Of a stretch of 64,000 nt of DNA, positions 8,584 through 17,983 are shown piece after piece. Numbering within the stretch: position 1 is the stretch's first letter; every line of letters begins with the position of its first letter. A model generated the notes under the pieces. That model had not been told where the DNA came from. It worked only from the letters and a program-made list of their open reading frames with translations, and ran no database searches. The stretch is taken from NCBI GenBank assembly GCA_964406105.1, contig CAYOQK010000022.1:14053-78052 (forward strand), written 5' to 3'. The DNA comes from an uncultured bacterium (GTDB taxonomy: Bacteria > Hydrothermota > Hydrothermia > WGAB01). A program made the translations under genes and the position numbers.

Positions 8584-9965
8584 ACCCGCGGCGCCTCTGG
8601 GCCTTCCTCTCGCTCGCCCTGCTGGCCCTGAGCCCAGCCCACGCCTCCAAACCCCTGGAGGCCTGGTACGGTTTGTACCTGCAAGGGGCCAAGGTGGGCT
8701 ACTCCTATTGGCGATTGGAACCCACAGCCTCGGGCTTCCGGCTCACCGAACGCACCACCGTGGACCTCAATATGCTGGGGATGCCCAAACGCTTGAGCAC
8801 CCACACCCAGGCCGAACTCACCCCCAGAGCCGAACTGCGACGGTTCACCTTCCGCCTGGAATCCCCAGACCAAAACCTGAACCTCACCGGCCAGGTTCGG
8901 AACCATGTGGTGGAACTCTCCGGCAAACGCCTGGACACCGGTGGACTTCCCGCGGTTTTGAACGCCATGGTGCCGGTGGTGCTTCACCGGAACCCCCGGC
9001 TGCAGGCCTTTGCCTTGGTGGATCCCAGCACCTTCACCGTGTCGCCGGCCAGCGTGGAACACCTGGGCCAGGATACCCTTACCGTGGCCGGACAGCGGCA
9101 CACCGCCCAGGTGTTCCGCATCGCATACCTGGGCACCGAAAACCGGCTGTACCTGGACACAGAAACCGGCCTGCTGCTTAAGGAGACCTCTCCCATGGCC
9201 ATGACCACGGTGCTGGAACCCCAAGAACAAGCCCTGCAACTGGGCGGCCAACGCATTGACATCCTGCGGCTGTTCTCTATCCAACCCGTGGGCCTGGAAG
9301 GACCGATCCATCAGTACCGTTATCTCAAATTGGAACTCACCGGGCTGCCGGATCCTACCGAGGTCCCCCTGGACCTCTCCTTTGCCAGCCAACGATTGGT
9401 GGAACGCCAGGGGAACCGAGCCGTGCTGGAGATCCTGAAACCCGAGATCCCCCAGGGCACAAACTCCTCTCCCCTGCCCGAATCGTTGCGGGTGTACCTG
9501 GAGCCTACCGACGCCTTGCAGGTGGATGATCCCGAGATCCAGAACCTGGCGCGCCAACTCACGGCAGGGATCACCGACCCCGTAGAAAAGGCCCGCCGCA
9601 TCCTGGATTACGTGTACCGCTCCTTGGAAAAACGGCCCTCCGTTACCCTGCCCACGGCCTTAGAGGTGCTGCATCAAGGGTACGGCGATTGCAACGAGCA
9701 CTCCGTGCTGTTCGCAGCCCTGGCTCGCGCTGCCGGTGTGCCCACCCGGATCACCGTGGGCCTGGTGTACCAGGGCGACGCTTACTATTACCACGCCTGG
9801 GATGCCGTGTATGCCCACGGCCAATGGTTCTTCGTGGACCCCGTGATGGGAGAGTTCCCAGCCAGCATCGGCCACATCCTGCTGAAGATCGGCGGCATTG
9901 AAGAACAAGCCCGCCTACTGCCCATTGTGGGCGTGCTGCGGATTCGGGTGCTGGATGCCCGATGA
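8580..9965 (+). CDS. Secreted transglutaminase-like (cysteine-protease-fold) domain protein
   Basis: 461 aa with an N-terminal signal peptide (MNPRRLWAFLSLALLALSPAHA). The C-terminal transglutaminase core YGDCNEHSVLFAALARAAGVPTRITVGLVY...YYYHAWDAVY carries the Cys and His of the catalytic triad. Confidence 0.75.
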   Translation: MNPRRLWAFLSLALLALSPAHASKPLEAWYGLYLQGAKVGYSYWRLEPTASGFRLTERTTVDLNMLGMPKRLSTHTQAELTPRAELRRFTFRLESPDQNLNLTGQVRNHVVELSGKRLDTGGLPAVLNAMVPVVLHRNPRLQAFALVDPSTFTVSPASVEHLGQDTLTVAGQRHTAQVFRIAYLGTENRLYLDTETGLLLKETSPMAMTTVLEPQEQALQLGGQRIDILRLFSIQPVGLEGPIHQYRYLKLELTGLPDPTEVPLDLSFASQRLVERQGNRAVLEILKPEIPQGTNSSPLPESLRVYLEPTDALQVDDPEIQNLARQLTAGITDPVEKARRILDYVYRSLEKRPSVTLPTALEVLHQGYGDCNEHSVLFAALARAAGVPTRITVGLVYQGDAYYYHAWDAVYAHGQWFFVDPVMGEFPASIGHILLKIGGIEEQARLLPIVGVLRIRVLDAR

Positions 9966-10939
9966 AGGTGCTGGTACGGCTGCCCAACTGGCTCGGGGAT
10001 GTGGCCATGTCGCTCCCTCTGCTGGCCACACTGCGCGAACACGCCGATCCCCTCACCCTGGTGGTCCGTGCGCCCTACAAACCCCTGGTGCGTGAGTGGG
10101 GCGAAACGCTGGCCTTCCAAGGATACCGAGACTTGGCCCGCATCTCCTGGCAACTCCGGCGCCGCCGATACGACGCCGGCCTGGTGTTGCCGCCCTCCTT
10201 CTCCTCGGCCCTGTTCCTGCGACTGGCCGCTCCCCGACGGCTCATCGGGTACGCCTCGGACTTCCGCTCCTGGTTGCTGAGCCATCGGCTACCCGGGCCC
10301 CGAGGACACCGCCACTATGTGCAAGAAACCCTGGCCTTCTTGGAACCCCTCGGGATCCCGACCCCTCCTTGGCCTCCCCAACCCCTCCGGTACCGGTTTT
10401 CCACCTACGAAGAGGTTGAGTACCGAACCCGGTTCCGCGAGGCAAACCTGGAACCCGGCACCTACGTGGTCATTGCCCCCTTTGCAGCCTTCGGCAGTGC
10501 CAAAGAATGGGGCCTGGAGAGATTCCGCCAGGTGGCCCAGCGCTTGCTGGACCAGGGGCTCCAGGTGGTCTGGACCGGAAGTCCCCAAGAGGCCCATCGC
10601 GCAGGCACCCTTCCGGGCTTGAACTGGATCGGCCGAACCCCGATGCGGTTCCTGGTGTACCTTCTTCAGCACGCCCGTTTGGTGATCGGCAACGATTCCG
10701 GTGTGCCTCATCTGGCCGACGTGCTGGGCACCCCCACCCTGATGATCTTTGGTCCTACGGATCCCACCTGGACGCGTCCCCTGCACGGCCGATTCCTGGT
10801 GCACACCCTGAGTTGCAGTTTCTGCGGTGCCCGTGAATGCCCTCTCCAGCATCACGGCTGCATGGCCACCATCACCCCCGAGCAGGTCACCGCCGTGGCC
10901 TTGCAGATGATGCACCATGACCCTGCACGAAGCCCTTGA
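9962..10939 (+). CDS. Glycosyltransferase family 9 (ADP-heptose:LPS heptosyltransferase-like)
   Basis: 325 aa. The N-terminus MKVLVRLPNWLGDVAMSLPLL and the C-terminal GNDSGVPHLA motif are both characteristic of GT9 (RfaF/WaaC/WaaQ-like). The ATG overlaps the upstream stop (ATGA). Confidence 0.8.
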   Translation: MKVLVRLPNWLGDVAMSLPLLATLREHADPLTLVVRAPYKPLVREWGETLAFQGYRDLARISWQLRRRRYDAGLVLPPSFSSALFLRLAAPRRLIGYASDFRSWLLSHRLPGPRGHRHYVQETLAFLEPLGIPTPPWPPQPLRYRFSTYEEVEYRTRFREANLEPGTYVVIAPFAAFGSAKEWGLERFRQVAQRLLDQGLQVVWTGSPQEAHRAGTLPGLNWIGRTPMRFLVYLLQHARLVIGNDSGVPHLADVLGTPTLMIFGPTDPTWTRPLHGRFLVHTLSCSFCGARECPLQHHGCMATITPEQVTAVALQMMHHDPARSP

Positions 10940-12431
10940 GGTACGCCAAGCCCTCCAAAAAACCCGGCGGCGGCGTGAAAAGGTGGCCCTTTTGGCGGAT
11001 TTCCTCCGGCGATTGCCCCAGGGGCTGGAGGACATCGCTGTGGCCCTGTGGACGGGCACCCTGCCCTGGGGCCGCTCTGGGGTGGGGCCCGGGATCCTCC
11101 GCCAGGCATGGCAGAACCTGCCCGAGGGGCAGGATCACCTGGGCTTAGCCGATCTCCGGGAACGCTTGCGGCTGATCGCCCAGGCCAAGGGCACCGCCGA
11201 AAAGGCCCGGCTCCTTCGGGAAACCCTACGACCCCTGTCCCACCAGGGCCGCCGCTGGATCGCTGAGGTGCTGCTGGGCGAGGTACGACAGGGAGCCGGG
11301 GAACGCACCCTCCTGGAGGCCATTGCCCAAGCCTTTGATCTTCCCCTGAGCACTGTGCAACAGGCCTATCTCTACGGCACCCCCTTGGCCGATTTGATCC
11401 GCCAAGCCCGCCAAGGTCAAGTACACCCAGAGCCCCGTCTGTTCACTCCCCTAAGGCCCATGCTGGCCACTCCCGCAGCCAGCCTGGAGCTCGCCCATCA
11501 GGAGCTGGGTGGCGAAGGCCTGTACGAGTTCAAACTGGACGGCGCACGGTTCCAGGCTCACCGGTGGGGCTCAGAGGTGCGAGTGTTCTCCAGGCATCTG
11601 CGCGACATCACTGCCTCGGTACCGGAGATCGTAGAGGCCGTCCTCCGGTTGCCGGCCCAACGCCTCATCTTGGAGGGTGAGGCCGTGGCCCTGGACCGCC
11701 AGGGCCGCCCGGTGCCCTTCCAGGTGTTCATGCGACGTTTCGGCCGCAAAAAGGCCATAGACCAAGCCCGGCGGCATATGCCCTTGGTTCCCTTCTTCTT
11801 TGACCTGGTGTATCTGGAGGGCGATCTGACGGCCGAGCCCTTAGAACATCGCCGCCGTCTGCTCCACACCCTGGTGCCAGAGCCACAACGGGTGCCCTCT
11901 CAACGGATCCGTCGCCTTGAAGAGGCCGAAGCCTTCTACCAGAGGGCCTTGGAATGGGGGGCCGAGGGCCTCATGGCCAAACGCCTGGACGCTCCCTATG
12001 TGGTAGGGGAACGGGTGGGCCTGTGGCTCAAAATCAAGCCCGCAGAAACCGCGGACTGCATCATCATTGCCGCCGAATGGGGACACGGCCGCCGCAGGGG
12101 GTGGCTCTCCAACCTGCATCTGGCCGTGTGGAATCCCGAGCGTACCCAGCTCTTGCCCGTGGGGAAAACCTTCAAAGGCCTCACCGACCGCGATCTGGCT
12201 TGGCTCACCCAGGAACTCCTGAAACGCAAGGTGGCCGAGGAACCCGGCATCGTGTACGTACGTCCGGAAATCGTGGTGGAAATCGCTTACAGCGAGGTGC
12301 AGCAAAGCCCTCGGTACCCCTCCGGTGTGGCCCTGCGCTTCGCTCGGGTCAAACGCTTTCGCCCCGACAAGCCCCCTCAAGAGGCCTCCACCCTGGCCGA
12401 TCTGTTGGCCCACACGCGCCCCTCCACGTAG
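10917..12431 (+). CDS. ATP-dependent DNA ligase (stand-alone LigC-like ligase with N-terminal DNA-binding domain, adenylation domain and OB domain)
   Basis: 504 aa. The adenylation motif I EFKLDGARFQAH contains the KxDG lysine, followed by EGLMAK (motif IV-like) and WLKIK (motif V-like). There is no Ku gene or LigD polymerase/nuclease module nearby. Confidence 0.8.
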   Translation: MTLHEALEVRQALQKTRRRREKVALLADFLRRLPQGLEDIAVALWTGTLPWGRSGVGPGILRQAWQNLPEGQDHLGLADLRERLRLIAQAKGTAEKARLLRETLRPLSHQGRRWIAEVLLGEVRQGAGERTLLEAIAQAFDLPLSTVQQAYLYGTPLADLIRQARQGQVHPEPRLFTPLRPMLATPAASLELAHQELGGEGLYEFKLDGARFQAHRWGSEVRVFSRHLRDITASVPEIVEAVLRLPAQRLILEGEAVALDRQGRPVPFQVFMRRFGRKKAIDQARRHMPLVPFFFDLVYLEGDLTAEPLEHRRRLLHTLVPEPQRVPSQRIRRLEEAEAFYQRALEWGAEGLMAKRLDAPYVVGERVGLWLKIKPAETADCIIIAAEWGHGRRRGWLSNLHLAVWNPERTQLLPVGKTFKGLTDRDLAWLTQELLKRKVAEEPGIVYVRPEIVVEIAYSEVQQSPRYPSGVALRFARVKRFRPDKPPQEASTLADLLAHTRPST

Positions 12432-12477
12432 CCCCTTCAGATCGGTGTAAACTTGAGGCCGAAACCGGAGGTGACCG

Positions 12478-12849
12478 ATGGAAACCCAAGGGTTCAGCGA
12501 AATCCAACTTCGCCGTTTGGAATACGCTGTGATGAACATGAAGGGATGGCTCAAGTTCTTGGGAATCCTGAACATCATCGGCGGCGCCCTCTACGCCCTT
12601 ACCCTCGTGGGGCTTCTCGTGGCTTGGCTCCCCCTCTGGATGGGCATCCTCTTGGTGCAGGCGGGCTCCCGCGCCGACCGCTACATCGCCCTCAAAGACC
12701 CCGAAGCCTTCGTGGAAATGATGGAAAAGTTCCGCACCTTCTGGGCTCTGCTGGGGATCCTCACCCTCATCTTCCTGGTGGGGAGCCTGATTGCAGCCTT
12801 CCTGGCCTTCACCGGCTCTCAGATGATGCTCCACGAGATGACCCTTTAA
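12478..12849 (+). CDS. Small membrane protein of unknown function (2-3 predicted TM helices)
   Basis: 123 aa. Residues 20-70 and 85-115 are strongly hydrophobic. It converges on the downstream GT4 gene with a 4-nt overlap. No recognisable motif. Confidence 0.45.
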   Translation: METQGFSEIQLRRLEYAVMNMKGWLKFLGILNIIGGALYALTLVGLLVAWLPLWMGILLVQAGSRADRYIALKDPEAFVEMMEKFRTFWALLGILTLIFLVGSLIAAFLAFTGSQMMLHEMTL

Positions 12850-14048
12850 GCCAGACGCGCGATCCGGTCCAACTGGTTCGCCAGCACCTGGGCCTGATAC
12901 CGACGGGAATACTCCTCAGGCGGCGGAAACCGCAACCCTTTGAGGCTTCGGATCTCCCGGAGGATCTGCACGATCTGATCCTCCTGATCGGGTAAGAACA
13001 CCACGCTCTCGCTCTTCCGAGCCACACGAGAGGCCTCGGACCATGAAGGGGCCTGGAACAGGATGGGTTTGCCGGAGCCGATGTACTCGTACAGTTTCAT
13101 GGAGGCCGATACATAGGGGAACACAAACCACAGGGCATCGGCCAGAAGCATCAGCCGGGGCACCCTTTCGTGGGGAACGTACCCCAAGAACACCACCCGA
13201 TCCTTTAGGTTTTCGCGCTCCACAAACCGATGCACCTCGGCGCCGGCTTCGCCAGCGATCACCAATTGGAACCCCTCTACGCGCTTGAGGGCCCGGAGAA
13301 AGGCCCACACCCCGGCCCCTTTATCGGCCAAAACCCCGGTGTACAGGATCACAAAGGCACCGGGCTGGGTGCCCGGGATTCGCTCCTCTGGGGACACCTG
13401 CAGTTCAAACATCTCGGGGTCGTACCCGTGCTCAATGAGCACCGCCCGCGGCCCCAGGTCAATGTTCTGGTACACTTTCACCGGCACGTCCGCCTTGCGA
13501 ACGATGAACCGACGGATCCGGGTGTGGAGCGATCGGTGCACCGGCGAAGGGACCCGGTGCCCGGTGGGCCAAAGGTCTGTGAAGTCCGCCACCCAGGGGA
13601 TTTTGAACCGACCCTTGAGCATCAAGGCCACCAAATGCGATGTATAGGGGGGCGACACCGAGTACAGCGCCTGGGGGCGATACTGGCGGATAATCCGGCT
13701 TCCCAACGCCAGGGCAAAGGGCAGCCAGGGCACCCGGGCATCGGGCAACAGGAAGAAGTTGAGGGTGAACCGACTGATGCGCTCGTTCCTCAGGCTCAAC
13801 TGCACCTGTTTCTTGCCCATCAGGTACAACAGGCGAGACACGTCCAAGGATTCGGAACGGAACACCCGCATCCTGCGGGCCTCGGCAGCCAACCGCGGAT
13901 CACGGGCATAGTATGCGATGTCCTTGACGGTAAGGATCAAGGGCTCCCAGCCGAATTCAGGCAGGTACCGGGCAAAGTGGAACGGCCGTTGCACCCCTGC
14001 CATTCCCAGGGGCGGAAAGTAATAGGCGATCATCAAAAGTCGCTTCAT
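12846..14048 (-). CDS. Glycosyltransferase, GT4/GT1 family (glycosyl transferase group 1)
   Basis: 400 aa. The N-terminus MKRLLMIAYYFPPLGMAGVQRPFHFARYL is a typical GT-B (GT4) N-terminal domain. The C-terminal half has the E-x7-E-like region (FVFPYVSASMKLYEYIGSGKPIL). Confidence 0.75.
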   Translation of the reverse strand: MKRLLMIAYYFPPLGMAGVQRPFHFARYLPEFGWEPLILTVKDIAYYARDPRLAAEARRMRVFRSESLDVSRLLYLMGKKQVQLSLRNERISRFTLNFFLLPDARVPWLPFALALGSRIIRQYRPQALYSVSPPYTSHLVALMLKGRFKIPWVADFTDLWPTGHRVPSPVHRSLHTRIRRFIVRKADVPVKVYQNIDLGPRAVLIEHGYDPEMFELQVSPEERIPGTQPGAFVILYTGVLADKGAGVWAFLRALKRVEGFQLVIAGEAGAEVHRFVERENLKDRVVFLGYVPHERVPRLMLLADALWFVFPYVSASMKLYEYIGSGKPILFQAPSWSEASRVARKSESVVFLPDQEDQIVQILREIRSLKGLRFPPPEEYSRRYQAQVLANQLDRIARLA

Positions 14049-14183
14049 CGCTGGGTCATCCCCCAGGTTTGTGGGGGTCCCAGGCCCGTCGGTGCGGCTC
14101 CTGGTGGAACAGGGGGCTCGGAGAGGCCCCCAGATTATGAGGCCCCTATTCTACAGGCCCATGCACCGGGCTCCCTGGGGCAT

Positions 14184-14216
14184 AAAAAGGGTGCCCTCTG
14201 CACCTGGAGGGCACCC
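14184..14216 (-). terminator. Rho-independent terminator downstream of citrate synthase (minus strand: GGGTGCCCTC-loop-GAGGGCACCC followed by TTTTTAT)
   Basis: A 10-bp perfect inverted repeat at 14189-14216 with an 8-nt loop. On the minus strand it is followed by a U5 tract (A5 at 14184-14188 on the plus strand), 40 nt after the gltA stop. Confidence 0.6.
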
Positions 14217-14254
14217 AAAAGCTTTGCTTTCCTCCTCAGGAGGGGTGGCTGTGG

Positions 14255-15577
14255 CTACAGCTCTCCCTTTTCCTGTTTTTCCTTCACGTATTCCTTGAGC
14301 CACTCCAGGGTCACCGACTTCGGCCGTTCAATGGGCAACCCCAAGGCGCGGTCCCAAATCAACTGGCTCAAAATGCCGATGGCTCGGGAAACACCGAAGA
14401 ACACGGTGTAATACGGAAACTCTCGGATGCCGTAATGGTAGAGCAGGACACCGGAGTGGGCATCCACATTGGGCCACGGGTTCTTGGCCTTGCCGTGCTG
14501 TTTGAGCACATTGGGAATGACCTCGTACAGCATGCTCACAATACGGAACAGTTCATCGTCGGGCATGTATCGCAGAGCGAACTCACGAAAGGCCGTGTAC
14601 CGGGGGTCGGTCCGACGGAGCACCGCGTGGCCGTAGCCCGGGATCACCCGGCCTGCATTCAGCGTATCCCAGGCGTAGCGTTCAATGTCAGCCTTGGTGG
14701 GCATGCGGTCGCCAAAGCTCTTCTTGAGTTCCAGGATCCACCGCAGTACTTCCTGGTTTGCCAAGCCGTGGAGCGGGCCCGCCAACCCGTTCATGGCCGC
14801 TGACAGGGCGTAATAGGCGTCCGACAGGGCCGAGGCCACCAAATGCCCAGTGTGGGCGCTGACGTTGCCGCCCTCGTGGTCGGAGTGCAGCACCAGGTAC
14901 AGCCGCATGAGTTCGTACACCTCGGGGTTGTCGTAGCCCAGCATATGGGCAAAGTTGGCGGCCCAGTCCAGGGAGGGGTCAGGCTCAATCTGCTGATCGT
15001 CGCGGTACAGGTAGCGGTACACGAAGGCTGCCACCCGAGGCAGGCGGGCAAGGAGATCCAGCACGTCCTCGTACATGTACTCCCAGTACTCCGCCTTGGA
15101 GATGCCCTCGGCGTAGGCCCGGGCGAAATGGGAATTCAGTCGCATGGCCAGGATCCCCAGGGAGAACAGGGTCATGGGATGGGAATCCCGGGGCATGGCC
15201 CGAAGCATGTCAAACACGTATCCGGGCACCTCCATGCGGCGGCGGAACTCCTCTTGGATCTCCCGAACGTCTTGGTCTGTGGGGATATCGCCTGTGGCCA
15301 GCAGGTAAAAGATGCCCTCGGGCAGGGGTTCATCTCCCCCTGGAGCCTTGGGTAGGAGTTTCCTCACCTCGGGAATGGTGTATCCACGGAAACGGATGCC
15401 TTCAAAGGGATCCAGATACGACCCCTCCCACACCATGCACCGCACGCCCCGCATGCCGCCATAAGCCTGTTTCACCGTGACTTCCGAGATGACCACCGAA
15501 TCGTACTTTTCCCGGAAGTCATGGGTTTCCTCAACACGCTGGAGGATCTTTTCCCTCAGCTTTTCCTTAAAAGCCAT
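14255..15577 (-). CDS. gltA: Citrate synthase
   Basis: 440 aa. The N-terminus ([29 protein letters not shown]) and catalytic-region segments ([24 protein letters not shown]) are typical of citrate synthase. A GGAGG Shine-Dalgarno sequence precedes the start. Confidence 0.9.
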   Translation of the reverse strand: MAFKEKLREKILQRVEETHDFREKYDSVVISEVTVKQAYGGMRGVRCMVWEGSYLDPFEGIRFRGYTIPEVRKLLPKAPGGDEPLPEGIFYLLATGDIPTDQDVREIQEEFRRRMEVPGYVFDMLRAMPRDSHPMTLFSLGILAMRLNSHFARAYAEGISKAEYWEYMYEDVLDLLARLPRVAAFVYRYLYRDDQQIEPDPSLDWAANFAHMLGYDNPEVYELMRLYLVLHSDHEGGNVSAHTGHLVASALSDAYYALSAAMNGLAGPLHGLANQEVLRWILELKKSFGDRMPTKADIERYAWDTLNAGRVIPGYGHAVLRRTDPRYTAFREFALRYMPDDELFRIVSMLYEVIPNVLKQHGKAKNPWPNVDAHSGVLLYHYGIREFPYYTVFFGVSRAIGILSQLIWDRALGLPIERPKSVTLEWLKEYVKEKQEKGEL

Positions 15578-15631
15578 GGCCAGCCTCCTGTGGTTTAAGG
15601 CCTAAAGCCTGGAACGGCTTGACACTGCCGA

Positions 15632-17983
15632 TTATAGGTCCTGGGCGTTCCAAATTTCAAGGATTCGCTCAAGGATCAGGCGGGCGCTCCGTTTTCGGTG
15701 GCCAAACTGGGCCGGCCCCACGCAGGAGGGGCATCCCCGTTCGCATCCACACGACCGGAGGCGGTCCAACGACGCCTGCAGGATGCGTGCCCGCTGTTCA
15801 AAGAAGCCCTCCGCCAGGCCGGTGCCTCCGGGGAAGGTCTCGTACACGTACAGAGTCGGCTGGAACTCTGGTGATGCCGCCCCCTCTGGGCTTTCGTCAG
15901 AGGGACGGGGCAGAGGATTGCTGGGCTCGGTGGCCCAGGTGCCCCGCTCCGTGCCCAGGTGCACCCCCAAATCACCGGGATCGCACATCAAAAAGAGGGG
16001 AGCCAAGGACCGGAAAAGGTGCAAAAGTCCCCACAGTCCCAGCTCCAGATCGCGACGATCCAAGCCCAGGGGTTGGAACACCGGCGGCTCCAGGGTGAGC
16101 CAAAAGGCGGTGGTATGCATCTCATCCTCGGGTAGGTGAACCCGGCCGAAGCCCACGTTTTCAAAGGTGGTCATGCGCACCTTTTTGAAGCCCACCACCT
16201 TGCGGGTCACCAGCACATCGCCATATCGGGAGAGCACCGGTGGACGAGCGTCCTCCTCAAAGGGTTCCAGCACCCGCACCCGGGTGTAGTCCAGGGCATC
16301 GGTATAGTACTCCACCGAAACCTGCTGCACGTAAGCCTTGCGCTCGGTGTAGTCCAATCGTTTCACCTCGTACTGCTGCCCTCCGTGGAGGTAGATGGCG
16401 TGGGGGTGCAGCAGCATGGGGGCAGAGTGGAAATCCACCTCGCCAATGATCCGAGAACGGCCCCCGGTTTGGTCCACCACGACGAAGTTCTCCTCTGACA
16501 CCGTCCGTAGGGAGAACTCATCGGCCGGAAAGTGTTCCGAGGTCCAATGGTACCGGCCACCGCTCTTGTACAGCACCCCTTGCTCTTCCAAAAAGGTGAG
16601 CAGGGGGGTGACTTCGGTGCCACCGAAGCGTTCTCCTTCGTGGAAGGGCAGTTCAAAGGCTGCGCATTTGAGATGCTGCATGAGGATCAGCAGGTTGTCG
16701 GGGTCAATCAGGGCGTGCTCAGGCGACACTTCAAACAGGTACTCGGGGTGTTCGGCGAGGAACTGATCCACCGGTGCCGCCGTGGTCACCAAGATGGCCA
16801 GGGATTCCCCTTGACGGCGTCCAGCGCGGCCCGCCTGTTGCCAGGTGGAGGCGATGGTACCCGGATAGCCTGCGAGCACTGCGGCATCCAGGCTTCCGAT
16901 ATCCACCCCCAGTTCCAAGGCGTTGGTGGACACCACCAGGTGAATCTGGCCCCGTCGCAATCCCTCCTCAATGGCCCGACGTTCCCGGGGCAGGTAGCCA
17001 CCCCGATAGGAGGCAATCCGCTGCCCGTGATCCGGCCTTTGCACCAAAGCCTTGCGGAGCTTCTCCAGCAGCACCTCCACGTTGAGCCGGCTCCGGGCGA
17101 AGACGATGGTCTTCACACCGTGCTCATAGAGGAACCGGGCGAGGCGGTAGGTTTCCTCCAGGTAGTTGGCTCGGATCCCGTGCTCGGGATCCACCAGGGG
17201 AGGGGTCCAGAACAGGAAATGCTTGCGCCCCTGAGGGGCACCACTTTGGTCCACCACGAAAAACTCTTGGCCCAGAAGGTTCTGAACATGTTCCCGGGGG
17301 TTGCCGATGGTGGCCGAAGTGGCCAGAAACTGCACCTGGGCCCCGTAGTGCTTTAGGATCCGCTGAAGCCGACGGAACACGTTGGCCACATGGCTCCCAA
17401 ACACCCCCCGATAGGCATGGATTTCGTCCACCACCACAAACCGTAGCCCTTGAAAGAGGTGCATCCATGCGGGATGGTGGGGCAGAATGGCCTTGTGGAG
17501 CATGTCAGGGTTGGTCACCACGATCCGTCCCTCATCCCGGATGGTTTTCCGCAGATCCCGAGGGGTATCGCCGTCGTAGGTATGGGCCTGCAGGTCGGTT
17601 TCCAGAGCCCGTTCCAGTTCCCGGAGCACCGCCACTTGGTCCTGGGCCAGGGCTTTGGTGGGAAATACGTAAAGGGCTCGGGCCTGAGGATCTTGGAGCA
17701 AACGGTTGACCACCGGCAGGTTGTAGGCCAGGGTCTTGCCGGAGGCTGTGGGAGTGATGAGGAGCACGTGTTTCCCCTGGTGGACGGCATCAAAGGCCTG
17801 TCGCTGGTGCGAGTACAGCCTTTGGATGCCCATGCGCTGCAGAGCCGTTCGCCACCGGGGATGGAGGGCGTCCGGGAACTCGGCCCACTGGGCTTCTCGG
17901 GCCGGTAGAACTCGCCACGCACGGATCCGGCGCCGCAGGGCCTCGTCTCGGCGAAGGGCCTCCAGCACCTCAGAAACGCTCAT
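15632..17983 (-). CDS. DEAD/DEAH-box (DEXH) helicase with a C-terminal DUF1998 zinc-binding domain, MrfA/YprA family
   Basis: 783 aa. It has Walker A (PTASGKTLAY), a DEIH box (VVDEIHAYRG), a helicase C domain (QAGRAGRR) and a C-terminal 4-Cys cluster (CGCERGCPSC) characteristic of DUF1998. Its start overlaps the upstream pncB-like stop by 4 nt. Confidence 0.85.
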   Translation of the reverse strand: MSVSEVLEALRRDEALRRRIRAWRVLPAREAQWAEFPDALHPRWRTALQRMGIQRLYSHQRQAFDAVHQGKHVLLITPTASGKTLAYNLPVVNRLLQDPQARALYVFPTKALAQDQVAVLRELERALETDLQAHTYDGDTPRDLRKTIRDEGRIVVTNPDMLHKAILPHHPAWMHLFQGLRFVVVDEIHAYRGVFGSHVANVFRRLQRILKHYGAQVQFLATSATIGNPREHVQNLLGQEFFVVDQSGAPQGRKHFLFWTPPLVDPEHGIRANYLEETYRLARFLYEHGVKTIVFARSRLNVEVLLEKLRKALVQRPDHGQRIASYRGGYLPRERRAIEEGLRRGQIHLVVSTNALELGVDIGSLDAAVLAGYPGTIASTWQQAGRAGRRQGESLAILVTTAAPVDQFLAEHPEYLFEVSPEHALIDPDNLLILMQHLKCAAFELPFHEGERFGGTEVTPLLTFLEEQGVLYKSGGRYHWTSEHFPADEFSLRTVSEENFVVVDQTGGRSRIIGEVDFHSAPMLLHPHAIYLHGGQQYEVKRLDYTERKAYVQQVSVEYYTDALDYTRVRVLEPFEEDARPPVLSRYGDVLVTRKVVGFKKVRMTTFENVGFGRVHLPEDEMHTTAFWLTLEPPVFQPLGLDRRDLELGLWGLLHLFRSLAPLFLMCDPGDLGVHLGTERGTWATEPSNPLPRPSDESPEGAASPEFQPTLYVYETFPGGTGLAEGFFEQRARILQASLDRLRSCGCERGCPSCVGPAQFGHRKRSARLILERILEIWNAQDL

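Noticed and set aside
13230-14411. 393-aa plus-strand ORF spanning the GT4 gene, the gltA terminator and the citrate synthase 3' end
   Set aside because: It crosses an intergenic terminator and runs antisense to two strongly supported genes. It is Gly/Pro/His-rich with no motifs.
15578-15660. TTGACA ... TATAGG elements between the citrate synthase start and the helicase stop; considered as a promoter
   Set aside because: On the plus strand the hexamers are only 8 nt apart and no plus-strand gene follows. On the minus strand the order is -10 before -35. No convincing sigma70 geometry for gltA was found there, so it is not called.
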